Positions 11,130-24,228 of a stretch of 64,000 bases of DNA are shown one piece after another. The DNA lies in the NCBI RefSeq assembly GCF_963921235.1, contig NC_086097.1:6758001-6822000 (forward strand), written 5' to 3'. The stretch is from Mobula hypostoma (lineage: Eukaryota). Position numbers and translations under genes: made by a program. The stretch's first letter is position 1, and every line of letters begins with the position of its first letter. The notes below the pieces were generated by a model. The model saw only the letters and a program-made list of their open reading frames with translations. It ran no database searches and had not been told where the DNA came from.

Positions 11130-13557
11130 AGAAACATAGATAACCTACAGCACAATACAGGCTCTTCAGCCCACAAAGTTGTGCCGAACATATCCTTACC
11201 TTAGAAATTACTAGACTTCCCCATAGCCCTCTATTTTTCTAAGCTCCATGTACCTATCCAAAAGTCTCTTAAAAGATCCTATCGTATCCGCCTCCACCAC
11301 CGTTGCCGGCAGCCCATTCCATGCACTCACCATTGTGAGTAAAAAACTTACCCCTGACATCACCTCTGTACCTACTCCCCAGCACTTTAAATCTGTGTCC
11401 TCTTGTGGCAACCATTTCAGCCCTGGGAAAGAGCCTCTGACTATCCACACAATCAATGCCTCTCATCATCTTAAACACCTCTATCAGGTCACCTCTCATC
11501 CTCTGTCACTCCAAGGAGAAAAGGCTGAGTTCACTCAACCTGTTTTCATAAGGCATGCTCCCCAATCCAGGGATCCTTGTAAATCTCCTCTGCACCCTTT
11601 CTATGGCTTCTACATCCTTCCTGTAGTGAGGCAACCAGAACTGAGCACAGTACCCCAAGTGGAGTCTGACCAGGGTCCTATATAGCTGCAACATTACCTC
11701 TCGGCTCCTAAACTTAATCCCATGATTGATGAAGGCCAATGCACCGTACGCCTTCTTAATCACAGCATCAACCTGCACAGCTGCTTTGAGCGTCCAATGG
11801 ACTCAGACCCCAAGATCTCTCTGATCCTTCACACTGCTAAGAGTCTTACCATTAACTGCCATCATATTTGACCTGCCAAAATGAACTACTTCACACTTAT
11901 CTGGTTTGAACTCCATCTGCCACTTCTCAGCCCAGTTTTGCATCCTATCAATGTCCCGCTGTAACCTCTGACAGCCCTCAACACTATCCACAACACCCCC
12001 AACCTTTGTGTCATCAGCAAACTTACTAACCCATCCCTCCACTTCCTCATCCAGGTCATTTATAAAATTCACGAACAGTAAGGGTCCCAGAACAGATCCC
12101 TGAGGAGCACCACTGGTCACCAACCGCCATGCAGAATATGACCTGTTTACAACCACTCTTTGCCTTCTGTGGGCAAGCCAGTTCTGGATCCACAAAGCAA
12201 TGTCCCCTTGGATCCCATGCCTCCTTACTTTCTCAATAAGTCTTGCATGGGGTACCTTATCAAATGCCTTTCTGAAATCCATATACACTACATCTTCTGC
12301 TCTGCCTTCATCAATGTGTTTAGTCACATCCTCAAAAAATTCAATCAGGCTCGTAAGGTACGACCTGCCCTTGACAAAGTCATGCTGACTATTCCTAATC
12401 ATATTATACCTCTCCAAATGTTCATAAATCCTGCGTCTCAGAACCTTCTCCACCAACTTACCAACCACTGAAGTAAGACTCACTGGTCTATAATTTCCTG
12501 GGCTACCTTTACTCCCTTTCTTGAATAAAGGAACATCTACAACCCTCCAATCCTCTGTAACCTCTCCCGTCCCCATTGATGATTCAAAGACCATCGCCAG
12601 AGGCTCAGCAATCTCCTCCCTCACCTCCCACAGTAGCCTGGGGTACATCTCATCTAGTCCTGGTGAATTATCCAACTTAATGCTTTCCAAAAGCTCCAGC
12701 ACATCCTCTTTCTTAATATCTACATACTCAAGCTTTTCAGTCTGCTGTAAGTCAGCACTACAATCGCCAAGATCCTTTTCCATTGTGAATACTGAAGTAA
12801 AGTATTCATTAAGTACCTTTGTTATTTCCTCCGGTTCCACACACACTTTCCCATTGTCACACTTGATAGGTCCTATTCTTTCACATCTTATCCTCTTGCT
12901 CACCACATACTTGTAGAATGCCTTGGGGTTTTCCTTAATCCTGCCCGCCAAGGCCTTCTCATGGCCCCTCTGGCTTTCCTAATTTTCTTTATAAGCTCCT
13001 TCCTGTTAGCCTTATAATCTTCTAGATCCCTAACATTACCTAACTCTCTGAACCTTCTGTAAGCTTTTCTTTTCTTCTTGACTAGATTTATTAAAGCCTT
13101 TGTGCACCACGGTTCCTGTACCCTACCATAACTTCCCTGTCTCATTGGAACGTACCTATGCAGAACTCCACACAAATATCCCCTGAACATTTGCCACATT
13201 TCGTCCGTTCTTTTTTCCTGAGAACATCTGTTCCCAATTTAAGCTTCCAATTTCCTGCCTGATAGCTTCATAATTCCCCTTTCTCCAATTAAACGCTTTT
13301 CTAACTTATCTGTTCCTATCTCTCTCCAATGCTATTGTGAAGGAGATAGAATTATGATCACTATCTTCAAAATGCTCTCCCACCGAGAGATCTGACACCT
13401 GACCAGGTTCATTTCCCAATACAATCAAGTACAGTCTCTCCTCTTGTAGGCTTATCTGCACATTGTGTAAAGAAACCTTCCTGAACACACCAAACAAACT
13501 CCACCCCATCTAAACCCCTTGCTCTAGGGAGATGCCAATCGATATTTGGGAAATTAA
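11130..13557 (-). mobile_element. CR1 LINE, 5'-truncated within the endonuclease
   Basis: ORF 11803-12951 has RT motifs (NYRPVSLTS, DFRKAFDKVPH, GAPQGSVLGP, FADDTK). EN remnant SDHNSISF and a CR1 3' tail at about 11130. Confidence 0.93.
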
Positions 13558-13558
13558 G

Positions 13559-13559
<1 letters not shown>

Positions 13560-13599
<40 letters not shown>
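13560..13599. repeat. (TG)n microsatellite
   Basis: About 20 TG units read directly. Confidence 0.98.
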
Positions 13600-13603
<4 letters not shown>

Positions 13604-14389
13604 TATATATATGTGTCTGTGTATACATATTAAAACAAATAAGCAGTGCAAGAAGAAAGGGAAAAGTACTGAGGTAATGTTCATGTGTTCGTTGTCCATT
13701 CAGAAATTTATTAACTAGGGTGTGTACGTATATTAGCGGTCTGGTGCTCATTTGAGGACTTGGTGGGCATTGCTTGGGACTTAGGGAATTAATCAGATAC
13801 TGTTTGACAGGTGAGGTGGGTGAATATCCTTCCCTTTTTCCTTTAGATGCTCTTTGTGGAGTTCATTATGGAAAGAAGGGCATTGGGTCTGTCACACCCA
13901 CACAAGGAGGCCTCTTGTCAATTGATGATGTACTGCCACTGACTTCTGCAATGGAAGAGTATATTCATTATCCTGACACCTGAAGGTAACTGAATGAAAG
14001 CTACTATTGTGATGGAGGATGGTGGTTGTTTTTGAGTATCCGTGGGGCGGGGGAGGGGTGTAATAGTATAAAACAGCATCTAGAGCAAGTATACTGGGAG
14101 CAGATGTTTGTGAGTAAGATGATGGCTGACAAGTGAGAGCCTTTTAAAAGTGAGTTCAAGGTCAGTAGATTTTGAAAAAGGTAAAGGCAAATATGGCAAA
14201 GACTGAAAATTGGGTTATATTGGATACTTGGATTTGATCAGCAAAGGATTGAAACTTATATTAGCCATGGGCCATAGGGATTGAGGGAGTCTCTTGAGCA
14301 ATGTACAGACTGTACGAGGAATCTTAAGAATGGAGATAATAAGGCAAAAAGGGACCATGAAATTTCCTTGGCAATTAAGATTAAGTAGA

Positions 14390-14790
14390 ATTGCAACGTA
14401 TTCTAAGCATACCTAAAACTTTGACAAACATCTATAGATGTGTGGTGGAGAATATACTGACTGGTTGCATCACAGTCAGGTATGGAAACACTAATACCTT
14501 TGATTGGAAAAACATACAAAAAGTAGTGGATACGGCCCAGTCCCTCATGGGTAAAGTGCTCCCCACCACTGAGCACACCTACATGGAGCACTGTCACAGG
14601 AAAGCAAAATCAATTGTCAGAGGCTCCTACCACACAGGTCATGCTCTCTTTTCACTACTGCCATCAAGAAGAAGAATTATTATTATTATTATGTTCTTTA
14701 TCTTATAATTTTTTGTGTTGCATCAGATCTGGAGTAACAGTTTTTTCATTTTCCTTTACACTTCTGCACTAGAGATGACAATAAACAATT
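14390..14790 (+). mobile_element. Rex1/Babar-like LINE 3' fragment
   Basis: YRCVVENILTGCITVRYGN...GHALFSLLPSRRR. Similar decayed fragments at about 23200, 26300, 28580, 44900-45290(-), 45450, 49680-49970(-), 55907-56460 and 61830-62600. Confidence 0.75.
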
Positions 14791-15947
14791 CTTTTATTTA
14801 TTGAGATACAGTGAGGAATAAGCCCTTCTGGCTGTTTGAGCTGCACCCTGTAACCCCCAATTTAACCCAAGTCTAGTTATGGGACAATTTACAATGACCG
14901 ATTAATTTACCGACTGGCACGCCTTTGGACTTTGAGGGGAAACCAGAGCACCTGGAGAAAACCATGCATTCCACAGGGAGGGTGTACAGACTCCTAACAG
15001 ACAGCAGCAGAATTGAACTCTGAGCTCCGATGCCCCAAGCGGTGGTAGTGTCGTGCTAACCACTGTGCTGTCATAGCGTCCATCTTGGATAAATGGGCAC
15101 GGGAGATCCAGCAACTCGTGGTTCCTTTCTGATAAAAGATATTGTCAGAGAACAAATAGCACAATTGTAAATATGGCCAAACAATTTGCTAAAGTAGTTC
15201 TGCCCACAGGGGTTGAGGAATCACAGGAGAAAGGAGTGGATAATTCAGGAAACACCAGAAGTGAAGCCTTTGAAAATTTAATGTCTCTGTATACCTTTCT
15301 GCTGTTTGTTCCTCCTTCCTCCAAGGACATAACTTCTGACAGAAATTGCAAGGACTCCACTGGTGGGCATTTATGAACTAATCTATACAGTTTTGTTCTT
15401 CAAACTTCAAAATGCAGTGTAGAGATGGATTCACAGGATGACACAGGTTAGAATCTCCACACAAGAATTGCAAAAATCTATCCAGACGTGTGCAAAGTAC
15501 ACTCAGCAACAGCATCTAGATGACAAAACTCCCCAAACAAACTTACCCTTGACAAGTACATTATACTCACGACACAAAGTGAAAATATTTCAGTGATTGT
15601 TGGTTTATATAAAATGAACCATTCACATCATAACTGTCACAGTATGGTCGAAAGGTTATTTCTCCTGATGTGTATCATCACCATCAAATTTCAGAAGACA
15701 AATCTTCTGCTGGATTACTGGGTAATATGCTGCAGCATACGTAGTTAGGATCAACATAAGTTTGATCAAAAGATAACAAAGCTCTCTATTTTGTATTAAT
15801 TAAATGGAGCTAAACTCAATCCTTCTTTTATTTTTGTCCTCCATACTCAGGTTGTGAAGATCATGGGATGGGAGTGTGTATTCTCTGATCATTGTCTCTG
15901 TTGGCTACAGGTGACTGTGGGGATGTCATGCAGCCTAGGGTTACTTA

Positions 15948-16375
15948 CTGCTTATTATGCTGCTGGCATTTAGGGCAGCAAGGACGGTCCTCCGTCTCTG
16001 GTGGTGTTCAGGGCTTCTGTCACTGTGACGGTAGCCTCCTCTTGGTTTTTACTACTGTCAGCTCTGCAAGTCCCAGGTGGAGACTCAGGAATACCGTCAC
16101 ACTCAGATATAGAAGGACGCTTCTCTGCTGCTTCTGTAACAAATTTGTTTTACCAGTCAGGGTTATTAGCCCTGAGCTGATCACCCCCACCCCCCGAAAC
16201 TGGAGGACTGGTGGACCACTCTCAGTCTGACCTCTACCCTTTGACCTGTTTGGCATGGGTGACCCTACTAAAAGTCAAAGCATAAAGCCCTGACTCCAGC
16301 CAGCATAGCTGTCCAGGTCACTGAGGCACGCAAGCCTCCAAAAACTATGACAAGGCAGTGGTCCTCTTGGCGGAC
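15948..16375 (-). mobile_element. Probable RTE-derived bipartite non-autonomous element
   Basis: The minus strand begins with an RTE-5'UTR-like sequence (ccactgccttgtc...gcttgcgtgcctcagtgacc...agctatgctggc...gtagggtcacccatgcc) and ends with a short 3' segment and taa-type tail. No ORF. Confidence 0.5.
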
Positions 16376-19019
16376 CCTCGTGGTTAACGTAATACTATTA
16401 CAAATCGGGACATTGGAGTTCAAAGTTCAATTCTGGTAGAATCTATAAGGAATTTGTACATTTTCCATATAACTGCCCGGGTTTCCTCTGGGTTCTCCAA
16501 TTTTCACCCACAGTCTAAAGGTATTCTGATTAGTAGGCACTGTCCAATGTACAATGAAAGGGCAATACTTTGGTGATAGTTCATCTTAACTGCCGATCAA
16601 TAATACCACAGAGAAAGATGGTAATGAAATCCATAATTAACAGCTATGAATATGAAATAGTCCAGTACACTGAAAGCTCAGTACATATGTAATATGCTGA
16701 GATTTCTGTCCCTTGGAAAGATAATTTCAGATGTAAAAGATCAAAGGTGATCTTTATTTGTCACACTTACATTGAAACATCAAAACATACAGTGAAATGT
16801 TCCATTTTCGTCAAGGACCAGCAGAGTCTGAGAATTGTGCAGGTGGATGTGCAAGTGTCAACAAAGGTTGCCCACGACCTTCTAACTCGACATCTGTGGA
16901 ATGTTTTATTGATTGAGATACAGCACAGAAGAGTCCCTTCCAGCCCTTCATGCCATACAACCCAACAAACCCCAATTTACCTCTAGCCTAATCACAGGAC
17001 AACTTACAATGACCAATTAACCTACCACTGGTACATCTTTCGACTGTGGGGGGAAACCCCAGCATTCAGAGCAAACCCATGAAGTCACAGGGAAAACATT
17101 CAAACTCCTTACAGATAACAGTGGGAACTAAACCCTGACCGGTAATGGTTGGCGCTGTAAAAAGTTGCGGTAACTGCTACGATACGTGCCACCTTATATT
17201 TCTGTGAGTTGGGGGAAGTGGATGATATAGAGGTAAAGATTTTATTAACACTCCCAAGCAGGATTAATGAGCTGTTGTACTTTCTTTTTCCTTTTTTGGA
17301 TGGTTCCATACCATACTCTACTAATTTTTTCTGTTGCCTTCTGTTTCGGATATGAACCTGCTCTATTTAATAGGTTGAGCTGGCATCAATTAGGTGGGCT
17401 GCAATCTTCCCTTAATTTTTTTACCACTGTGTGGATCAACCATTGCACTGAGAAGGAAATGTTTACAAGGCCTGAAAACTGCACAGCACTTTAAATGTTA
17501 TTTTTGTTCAATCAATTTTTAAATTAAATGAAGGCTTATTAGATTAAAGTTCCCCCTTCCTTTCAATCCTGATGAAGGATCTTGGGCTGAATCTATTTAT
17601 TTCCATAGATGCTACCGGACCTTTAAATTCCTCCAACATTTTGTGTGTGTTGCTTTGTATGTCAAGCATCTGCAAACGTTCTTGTGTTCTTTTTAAATTA
17701 TGAATTTTTAAAGATTACTTACCAAAAAGTTAGAATATAGATTTTTTCACATTAAACAATTACAAACCGCCACTCACAACTCAAGCAAATAATGTCAGGC
17801 AGTCAAAGCAACTGACAGGCACAATGACAAAAATCAAATGTTTTGAATAGACAGCGTCAGTGTTCAGCGGGCCGGCAGTTTATGAACAATGAGTTACAGA
17901 CTTCCATTCTGTGTGTATTGTTACAATTTGCAAAAGTATTGTAACTTGAAACACTGACAATGTAAATACATTGAAGCTCTAAAATGTTTCAAAGTAAATG
18001 TTGTGGTATTTTTATTATTTAGTTTTTTTGGATTATATTTCATTACCTGATATCTCACAATTATATTAGCATGAGGTTAAAATTATAGCAACATTATATA
18101 AAAAGAAAATTCCAGCTGTGCGGCAAAGAAGTCTATGTGTGTGGGAGCATTTCAGTTACCGTGTGGCTGCAGAGCTTAGAAAGAACAATGAACTGGGCTG
18201 AGTAGCCTTCTTCTGTGCTCAATACTGTGCAAAGATGTGTTGCTCTGTTTGTGATACTGCACTTCAGGTAAAATTGTAATACAAACGTCATGTCTCCTCA
18301 AAGCTAAAAAAAGAGAAAATGCTGAAGTACTCAGCAGGTGAGCAGAATTAAGGGAGAAAGAATCTGAGCTAAAGATGACACTGATAAATGGTGACTATTG
18401 GTGTGCAGCCCTGATGGAAATCATCAAGTATTCCCATTCAGGACTACTATAGCTGAAATCTCATTACTTTTTCTTTTATGCTCTCTTTCTGCCCTACCTA
18501 TTTAATTTTAAAATTTTAATATATATATGTCTTATTATAATTTATAGTTTTATTTATCATGATGTATTGCAAGTACTGCTGCCACAAAACAACAAATTTC
18601 ATGACATGATATTGATATTATTAATACATGACAGTGATATCAAACCTGATTCTGACTTAATAATTCAAGCATATGACTTTTGTTGAACCAGGAATAATAA
18701 GAAATGATGCCTTAAGTTGCATTGAGAGAGAGGGAGAACAAAGAGACTGTAGTCAAGTGGGGGTCAGAATGTATAAAGCTGCAGATATAGCTGCTGTCTG
18801 AGAAAGGATGGCGGGGACTTGTAAATTACAGTTGGTTATTCTGGAAGCAATGTAAATAGAACGAGACAAATGATAATACAGAAGAGAAAGAGAATACCAA
18901 TGCATTTGGAAGATATAAAATACCCAAGATGTTAAAAAATTAAAATATAGGATTAGCATAGTGGGCTGAATCTATGGTGGAAAGCAGACGATGTTAACAT
19001 ATTATATCAAATGGAAACA

Positions 19020-19718
19020 GACAGTACACTATAAAGGGCAGTGTTGATGAGCAGAGTGATCTTAGGGTCCTAGTTCATAGCTCCCTGAAAGTGTCTACAC
19101 CTTTTGATAGGGTGGTTAGGAAGGCATATGGCATGCTTGACTTTGTTTGTTAAGACATTGAGTTCCAAAGTCAGGAAGTTATGTAGCAGATTTATAAAAC
19201 TCTACTTAGTGCGCATGTGGAATATTGCATATAGTCAGGTGGCCCAATTATAGGAAGGATGTCAAGGCTTTGGAGAGGGTGCAGAAGAGGTTTACAAGGA
19301 TGCTGCCCAGTTTAGAGGGCATGTGCTATAATGAGAGGTTGGACAAATTTGGGGTGTTTTCTCTGGAGCACTGGAAGCTGAGGTGAGATCTGACAGAGAT
19401 TTTAAAGATTATCAGAGGCATAGATAGAGTAGACAGGCAGTATTAGTTTCCCAGGGTTGAAATGTCCAATATGAGAGGGCATGCATTTAAGACGAGAGGG
19501 AGTAAGTTCAAAGGAGATGTGAAGGGTAAGTTTTTTACAGAGAGTGGTGGGTGTCTAGAATGTGCTGCCTGGGGTGATGGTAGAGGCAGATACATTAAGG
19601 CCTTTTAAGTGTCATTTAAGTAGGCACATTAATGTAAGGAAAATGGAACGATATGGATATTGTGTAGGCAGAGATTAGTTTAGCTATTTGTTTGCTAATT
19701 TAATTGGTTCAGCACAAC
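19020..19718 (+). mobile_element. CR1 LINE 3' fragment
   Basis: Decayed C-terminal RT region (...LERVQKRFTRMLP...) and a truncated CR1 3'UTR. Confidence 0.8.
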
Positions 19719-19719
19719 A

Positions 19720-21045
19720 TTATTGTTCATATTTCTGGTATTTTTCAGTTATTGATTTCTGTATGTTATGTGTGTTCAGAATAGCTTTATCTATTAAGTA
19801 AGTTGTTCTTGCTTGTTTTTCCTGTAATATTATACCCAGAGAGTTATTATGGATTGTTCTATCTGTAATAATGGATTGGCCATAATATAATTCGTAGGGC
19901 TCTGAAACTAAAACTGGGTCAGGCTTGTCCTTATAGTAAGGTATGATTCCTTTTGTGAGTTTGTATTTTAAAGCAAGACGTTGGTGAATGATGTTTGCCA
20001 TTTGATTGTACCTATGTAAGTAACACTGAACAACAAAGATTTTGCTTCTTGAGTACTTTTAGGTGTGTCTTATGAATTTTGGGCTACTGATCATGAAAAT
20101 CACCATGAAATTTCCCCATCGTGCACCATTTTTTAATAAACTTATGTTTATTATTTCAATTCATAATTCGAGTCAATTGAAATGTTGCCTATAATGACAG
20201 CTGGAAAGTTTCCTATCTTGTCCAGGCATGCTTGGGTATGCTTAGGCGGCGTGGCTACTGCATGGCAGGACAGGTTTTAGTAATAATTATTGGGTTCAGG
20301 ACTGTAAGGATGGAATTTGCTATCACCAGGCACTAAAATTTCTATGAAGTATTTTGATATTTGAGACAGATGCTTCCCAGAATAACTGATGCCAAGATTA
20401 AGCAAAGCATTTTTGTTGGTCCACAAGTCAAACCGGTCATCAACGACAGGCAATTTGAAGAATTTCTGGTGGGACCAGATAAAATCACATGGAAGGCATT
20501 CAAGGAAGTTGTTTAAGTTTTTCTCGGCATCTACAGAGCACCAAACTACATGAAGCTGGTTGAAAGCATGCTTCAAGCATATAAAACCATGAAATGCTTC
20601 ATGTCACTAAAGATTCATTTTCTGCATTCCCATTTAGACTTCTTCCCTGCAAATCTTGGTGCTGTTAGTGACAAGCATGGTGAAAGGACATTGCGGTCAT
20701 GGAGGAAAGATACCAGGGCAACCTGAATCCATCGATGCTGGCGAATTATTGTTGGATACTTAAGCGAGAAGCCTCAGACACTGATTACAAATGAAGATCA
20801 TTAACAAAATATTTTTTAAACAGTTGAACTATTGCAAAGCATCAGCACCATTATGCAATTAAACACATTATATTCAATAAAAGTTAATTTGTTTTTTCTC
20901 CAAATTCCTACATGATACAAGTAGTCTGAAATTATATTTGTGTTCATCTTCAAGCAGTCTACCATAAACAAAAAAAAATCTGAGGAAGCAACACTTTTGA
21001 AAAAAATTGTTGTCCAGTATAATCAGATTGAGTTAAATTTTTGCA
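19720..21045 (-). mobile_element. R4/Dong-like RLE retroelement fragment, interrupted by Chapaev3
   Basis: ORF 19720-20001 (ANIIHQRLALKY..PYYK.KP..Y..SIITDRTIHNN..II....TYLID.AI) continues after 21022. Homologous to 21075-21925. Confidence 0.75.
20024..21019 (+). mobile_element. Chapaev3-like (CMC) DNA transposon, internally deleted
   Basis: TIR cactgaacaacaa / ttgttgtccagta, with 3-bp TSD TAA (20021-20023, 21020-21022). About 20370-20770 translates to AKIKQSIFVGPQ...SLKIHFLHSHLDFFPANLGAVSDKHGER / MEERYQG..PSMLANYCW. Confidence 0.85.
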
Positions 21046-21074
21046 TTATCCTTAATATTATTGTTATTTTTATT

Positions 21075-21925
21075 TTTTCTCAGCTCAAGCTGGTAAAACC
21101 TGAGGTGCGGGCATAGCCAAGCACACTCATTTCTCAATTGCTAGGAACTTTTGAACTATTCTAGCGGTGTTTAGTATTGTGGCTTTTTGGAGATATAACT
21201 GTGTAGCCCTAATTGCTTAATGTTATTATGTAGTGCTTTTGGGATGATATCAGTTGTAGAAATTACTATTGGGACAATGTACGCCATGTTCATGTTCCAA
21301 AGTCTTTCAATTTCTTCTTTCAATTCAGCATATTTCTGGTGTTTTTCACTTACTGATTTCTGCATGTTATATGTGTTTGGAATGGCTGCATCTATTAAAT
21401 GAGTCGTTCTTGCTTGTTTATCCTATATTATTATATCCAGACAGTTATTATGGATTGTCCTATCCGTAATAAGTGATTGGTCATAATATAATTTATGTTA
21501 TTCTGACTCTAAAACTGGATCAGTCTTGTATTTATAGTAGAGTATGATTTCATTTATCAGTTTGTATTTTAAAGCAAGTTTTTGATGAATGATGTTTGCC
21601 ACTTGATTGTGCCAGTGTATTGTAAGTAATCAAACTGCTGCAGGATCCAGTGACGTGTTGAATCGTTCCTGGGTTTTTTTTGACATTTTCTACATTTAGC
21701 GTCTTGAATTTGTTTGTCTTTTATTATGCATTTTAATAATTTTTTTCTGTTAACCACCTGTTCCTGTATTGCCTCAAGGAACCCTTCTATTTCTGGGAAG
21801 AGGTCTCCAAATCTGAACCAAATGATTAATGCTTCCTTGTTGACATTGAGTCTGCTCAGATGGTGGGGATGTCTTCCATGGGGGAGGGGGTCATGTTCTT
21901 CCATTGGTTATTATTATCACTAGTT
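21075..21925 (-). mobile_element. R4/Dong-like RLE non-LTR retroelement, 5'-truncated
   Basis: LFPEIEGFLEAIQEQV, KCRKC knuckle remnant, RLE segment, KHQKYAEL..EI.RLW..IVPIVISTT. The 3' end abuts a degenerate (TTA)n tract at about 21054-21075. Confidence 0.78.
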
Positions 21926-22026
21926 ACCATGGGGGGGGGGTCATGTTCTTCCACTGGTTATTATTATCACTAGTTACCATGGGGGAGGGGGTCATGCTGT
22001 TCCATTGGTAATTATTATCATTAGTT
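21876..22026. repeat. Tandem triplication of about 50 bp at the 5' junction of the Dong-like element
   Basis: ccatggggg.gggggtcatgttcttcca.tggttattattatcactagtta starts at 21876, 21927 and 21977. Confidence 0.92.
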
Positions 22027-23634
22027 ACCAGTGTGCATTGGATTTCAATATAGCACATTAGTTTGAAAGAAGGGAAGTGAATGACTTCCTCATGTTGAGA
22101 GAGTGCTTAGGGCCCTGGGTGGTGATATGAGAAGATTCAGAAGGCAGGTACAGTATTGCATTTCTTGTTATTGCACGGGGAGGAGCCAAGGCAAGGGAAA
22201 TGAGTTTAGATGGAGAATCGAAATCAGAATCAGCTGTAGTATTACTGGCATACTGATTAATCACACCTTTTCTTGGATACTTATCACTGCAATCAATAGC
22301 CTGTAACTTCTCTTTTGGAGCAGAGCGGTTGAACTGCCTGTAGGACCTGTCATTTTTGTCATGTGAACTAAAGTCTGGAAGGTGCAGTGTGTTGGGTACA
22401 GGTTTACAAGTTGAATTAAGCTGGCAGGCCTGGGCCTGACAGCAGGGAATGAGCCAATGTTTGGCCATTGCTGGAGCAGGCTTGGAGGTGATTCAATATT
22501 GCAGAACTGAGACAATGTGAGGCAGAGTGAGAGGAAAGACCTGAGGTTTGACCAATTTAAGTGTGGACAGAAACAGAAAGGTCAGGTACAGGCCTAATCA
22601 ACATGGGAGGTCCCAGGCCCGAGAGCTTAGCTCACATTCAAAAGCTAGGAATGACCTACGGTTTGGCTGATCTAAATGCTGATCCAGAACGAAAAGGTCA
22701 GGGTGTCAGGGCTGGAGGCGACGGATGGGCTGCAGGTGAAGGATGGGTTGATTCAGCTCGCTCGCTGCTTTGCGAATTTCAGTCATCTCTGCGCTCAGCT
22801 AAGGCAGTGACCTGTAACTAATGAGCTCCAAATTTGGCTGCAGTGATGACCTTCTTCATGATTGAGAAATCACTTCTATGAACTTCAATACTTCAATAAA
22901 AGTATTTGTTTACTTTTATTGTTTGCACAGTTTGTAGTTTTTTCTGCACATTGGGTGTTTGATGGCCTTTATTTTAATGGGTTCTATTGGGTGTCTCTAC
23001 TTTGTGGCTGCCTGTAAGGAGACAAATCTCAGGGTTGTATATAGTATGCATACTTCCATAATAAATGCACTTTGAGCATTGATCAGTAGTTATAATTCTT
23101 CAGAATTCACTGAACTTCAGAAAGCAATTTGGGACAGCTCTTTAAAGAAGCCATGAAAGGTTTTATATCATTGCTCCTCTATGTTCCTCTATACTTTCCA
23201 CTGCATCAGTACAGCAGCCAGCATAATCAAAGACCCCGCCTACCCCAAACATTCTCTCTTTTCCCCTCTGTCAGGCAGGAGATACAAAACTCTGAAAGCA
23301 CATACCACCTGGCTCAGGGGCAGTTTCAACCCCACTTGTTATCAGGCTCTGGAAATCAAATTAAGTTTAATTCTCATTCAAACTATACATGAATGCAGTC
23401 GAATGAGACAGTGTTACTCTGCCAAAATATACGTGTGCATTTAAAATAACAAGAAAGGGGAAAAAAAGAACATATTCATGTAATAAAACAGTATTTTAGT
23501 CCAAATCCCTGAATGCCATCCTGTAAATTGATGGTTCCTGGCAGTGCAGCCAGTAATTCCACCAATCCTACACTGGAGGGCAGCACTGACAGGAGAGGCC
23601 ACTCCCAAACGAGCCCAAATGCCACGCTACTGTG

Positions 23635-24228
23635 TACATACATCTACTGATGCCTCTGGACACATCTTCAGTGATGTTCCTGGAATCATCGAGTGTTTCG
23701 GGTCTTTCAACATCATACAACCTCCTCCAGGTAACCCAGACGGGGCTGATCAGACCCCAGCTTGTGTCCAGATGGCTAGCTACTTATGACTCCATGGCTC
23801 CCCTCTTTTGAGCCACAGCCATCTTGAGGCCTTCTCTGCCGCATTGGTGGTACTGCGGATGGCTCTCCTCTTCCTCTCTCCCTCGATGCCAAAAATGCAG
23901 AAGGTTCTAACTAAAGAATGGGCTACGAATCCCCTATAACAAACCTCCACTGGGAGACACCTCGCTCTCCATCCAGCCTGCTGACAGTTGCTGACCAGTC
24001 CTGCGTACTTAGAGAGCTTCCTTTCAAAGGCCTCTTCCAAGCGATCTTCCCATGGGACTGTCATCTCCAGCAGCACCACTTGCTTAGTAGACTCAGACAC
24101 TAGGACAATGTCTGGTCGCAGGGTGGTGGCTGCGATATGGTTGGGGAACTTCAGCTGCCCTTCGAGGTCCACCAACAGCTGCCAGTCCCTTGCAGAGGTC
24201 AGAATGCCTGCAGATGTTCTTTTGGCCT
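23635..24228 (-). mobile_element. HERO-like RLE non-LTR retroelement 3' fragment
   Basis: ORF 23780-24175 has RPDIVLVS...LLEMTVPWE..EEAFERKLSKY..L...C...GW....PVEV..RGF (PD-(D/E)xK endonuclease), followed by a short 3'UTR. Confidence 0.8.
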
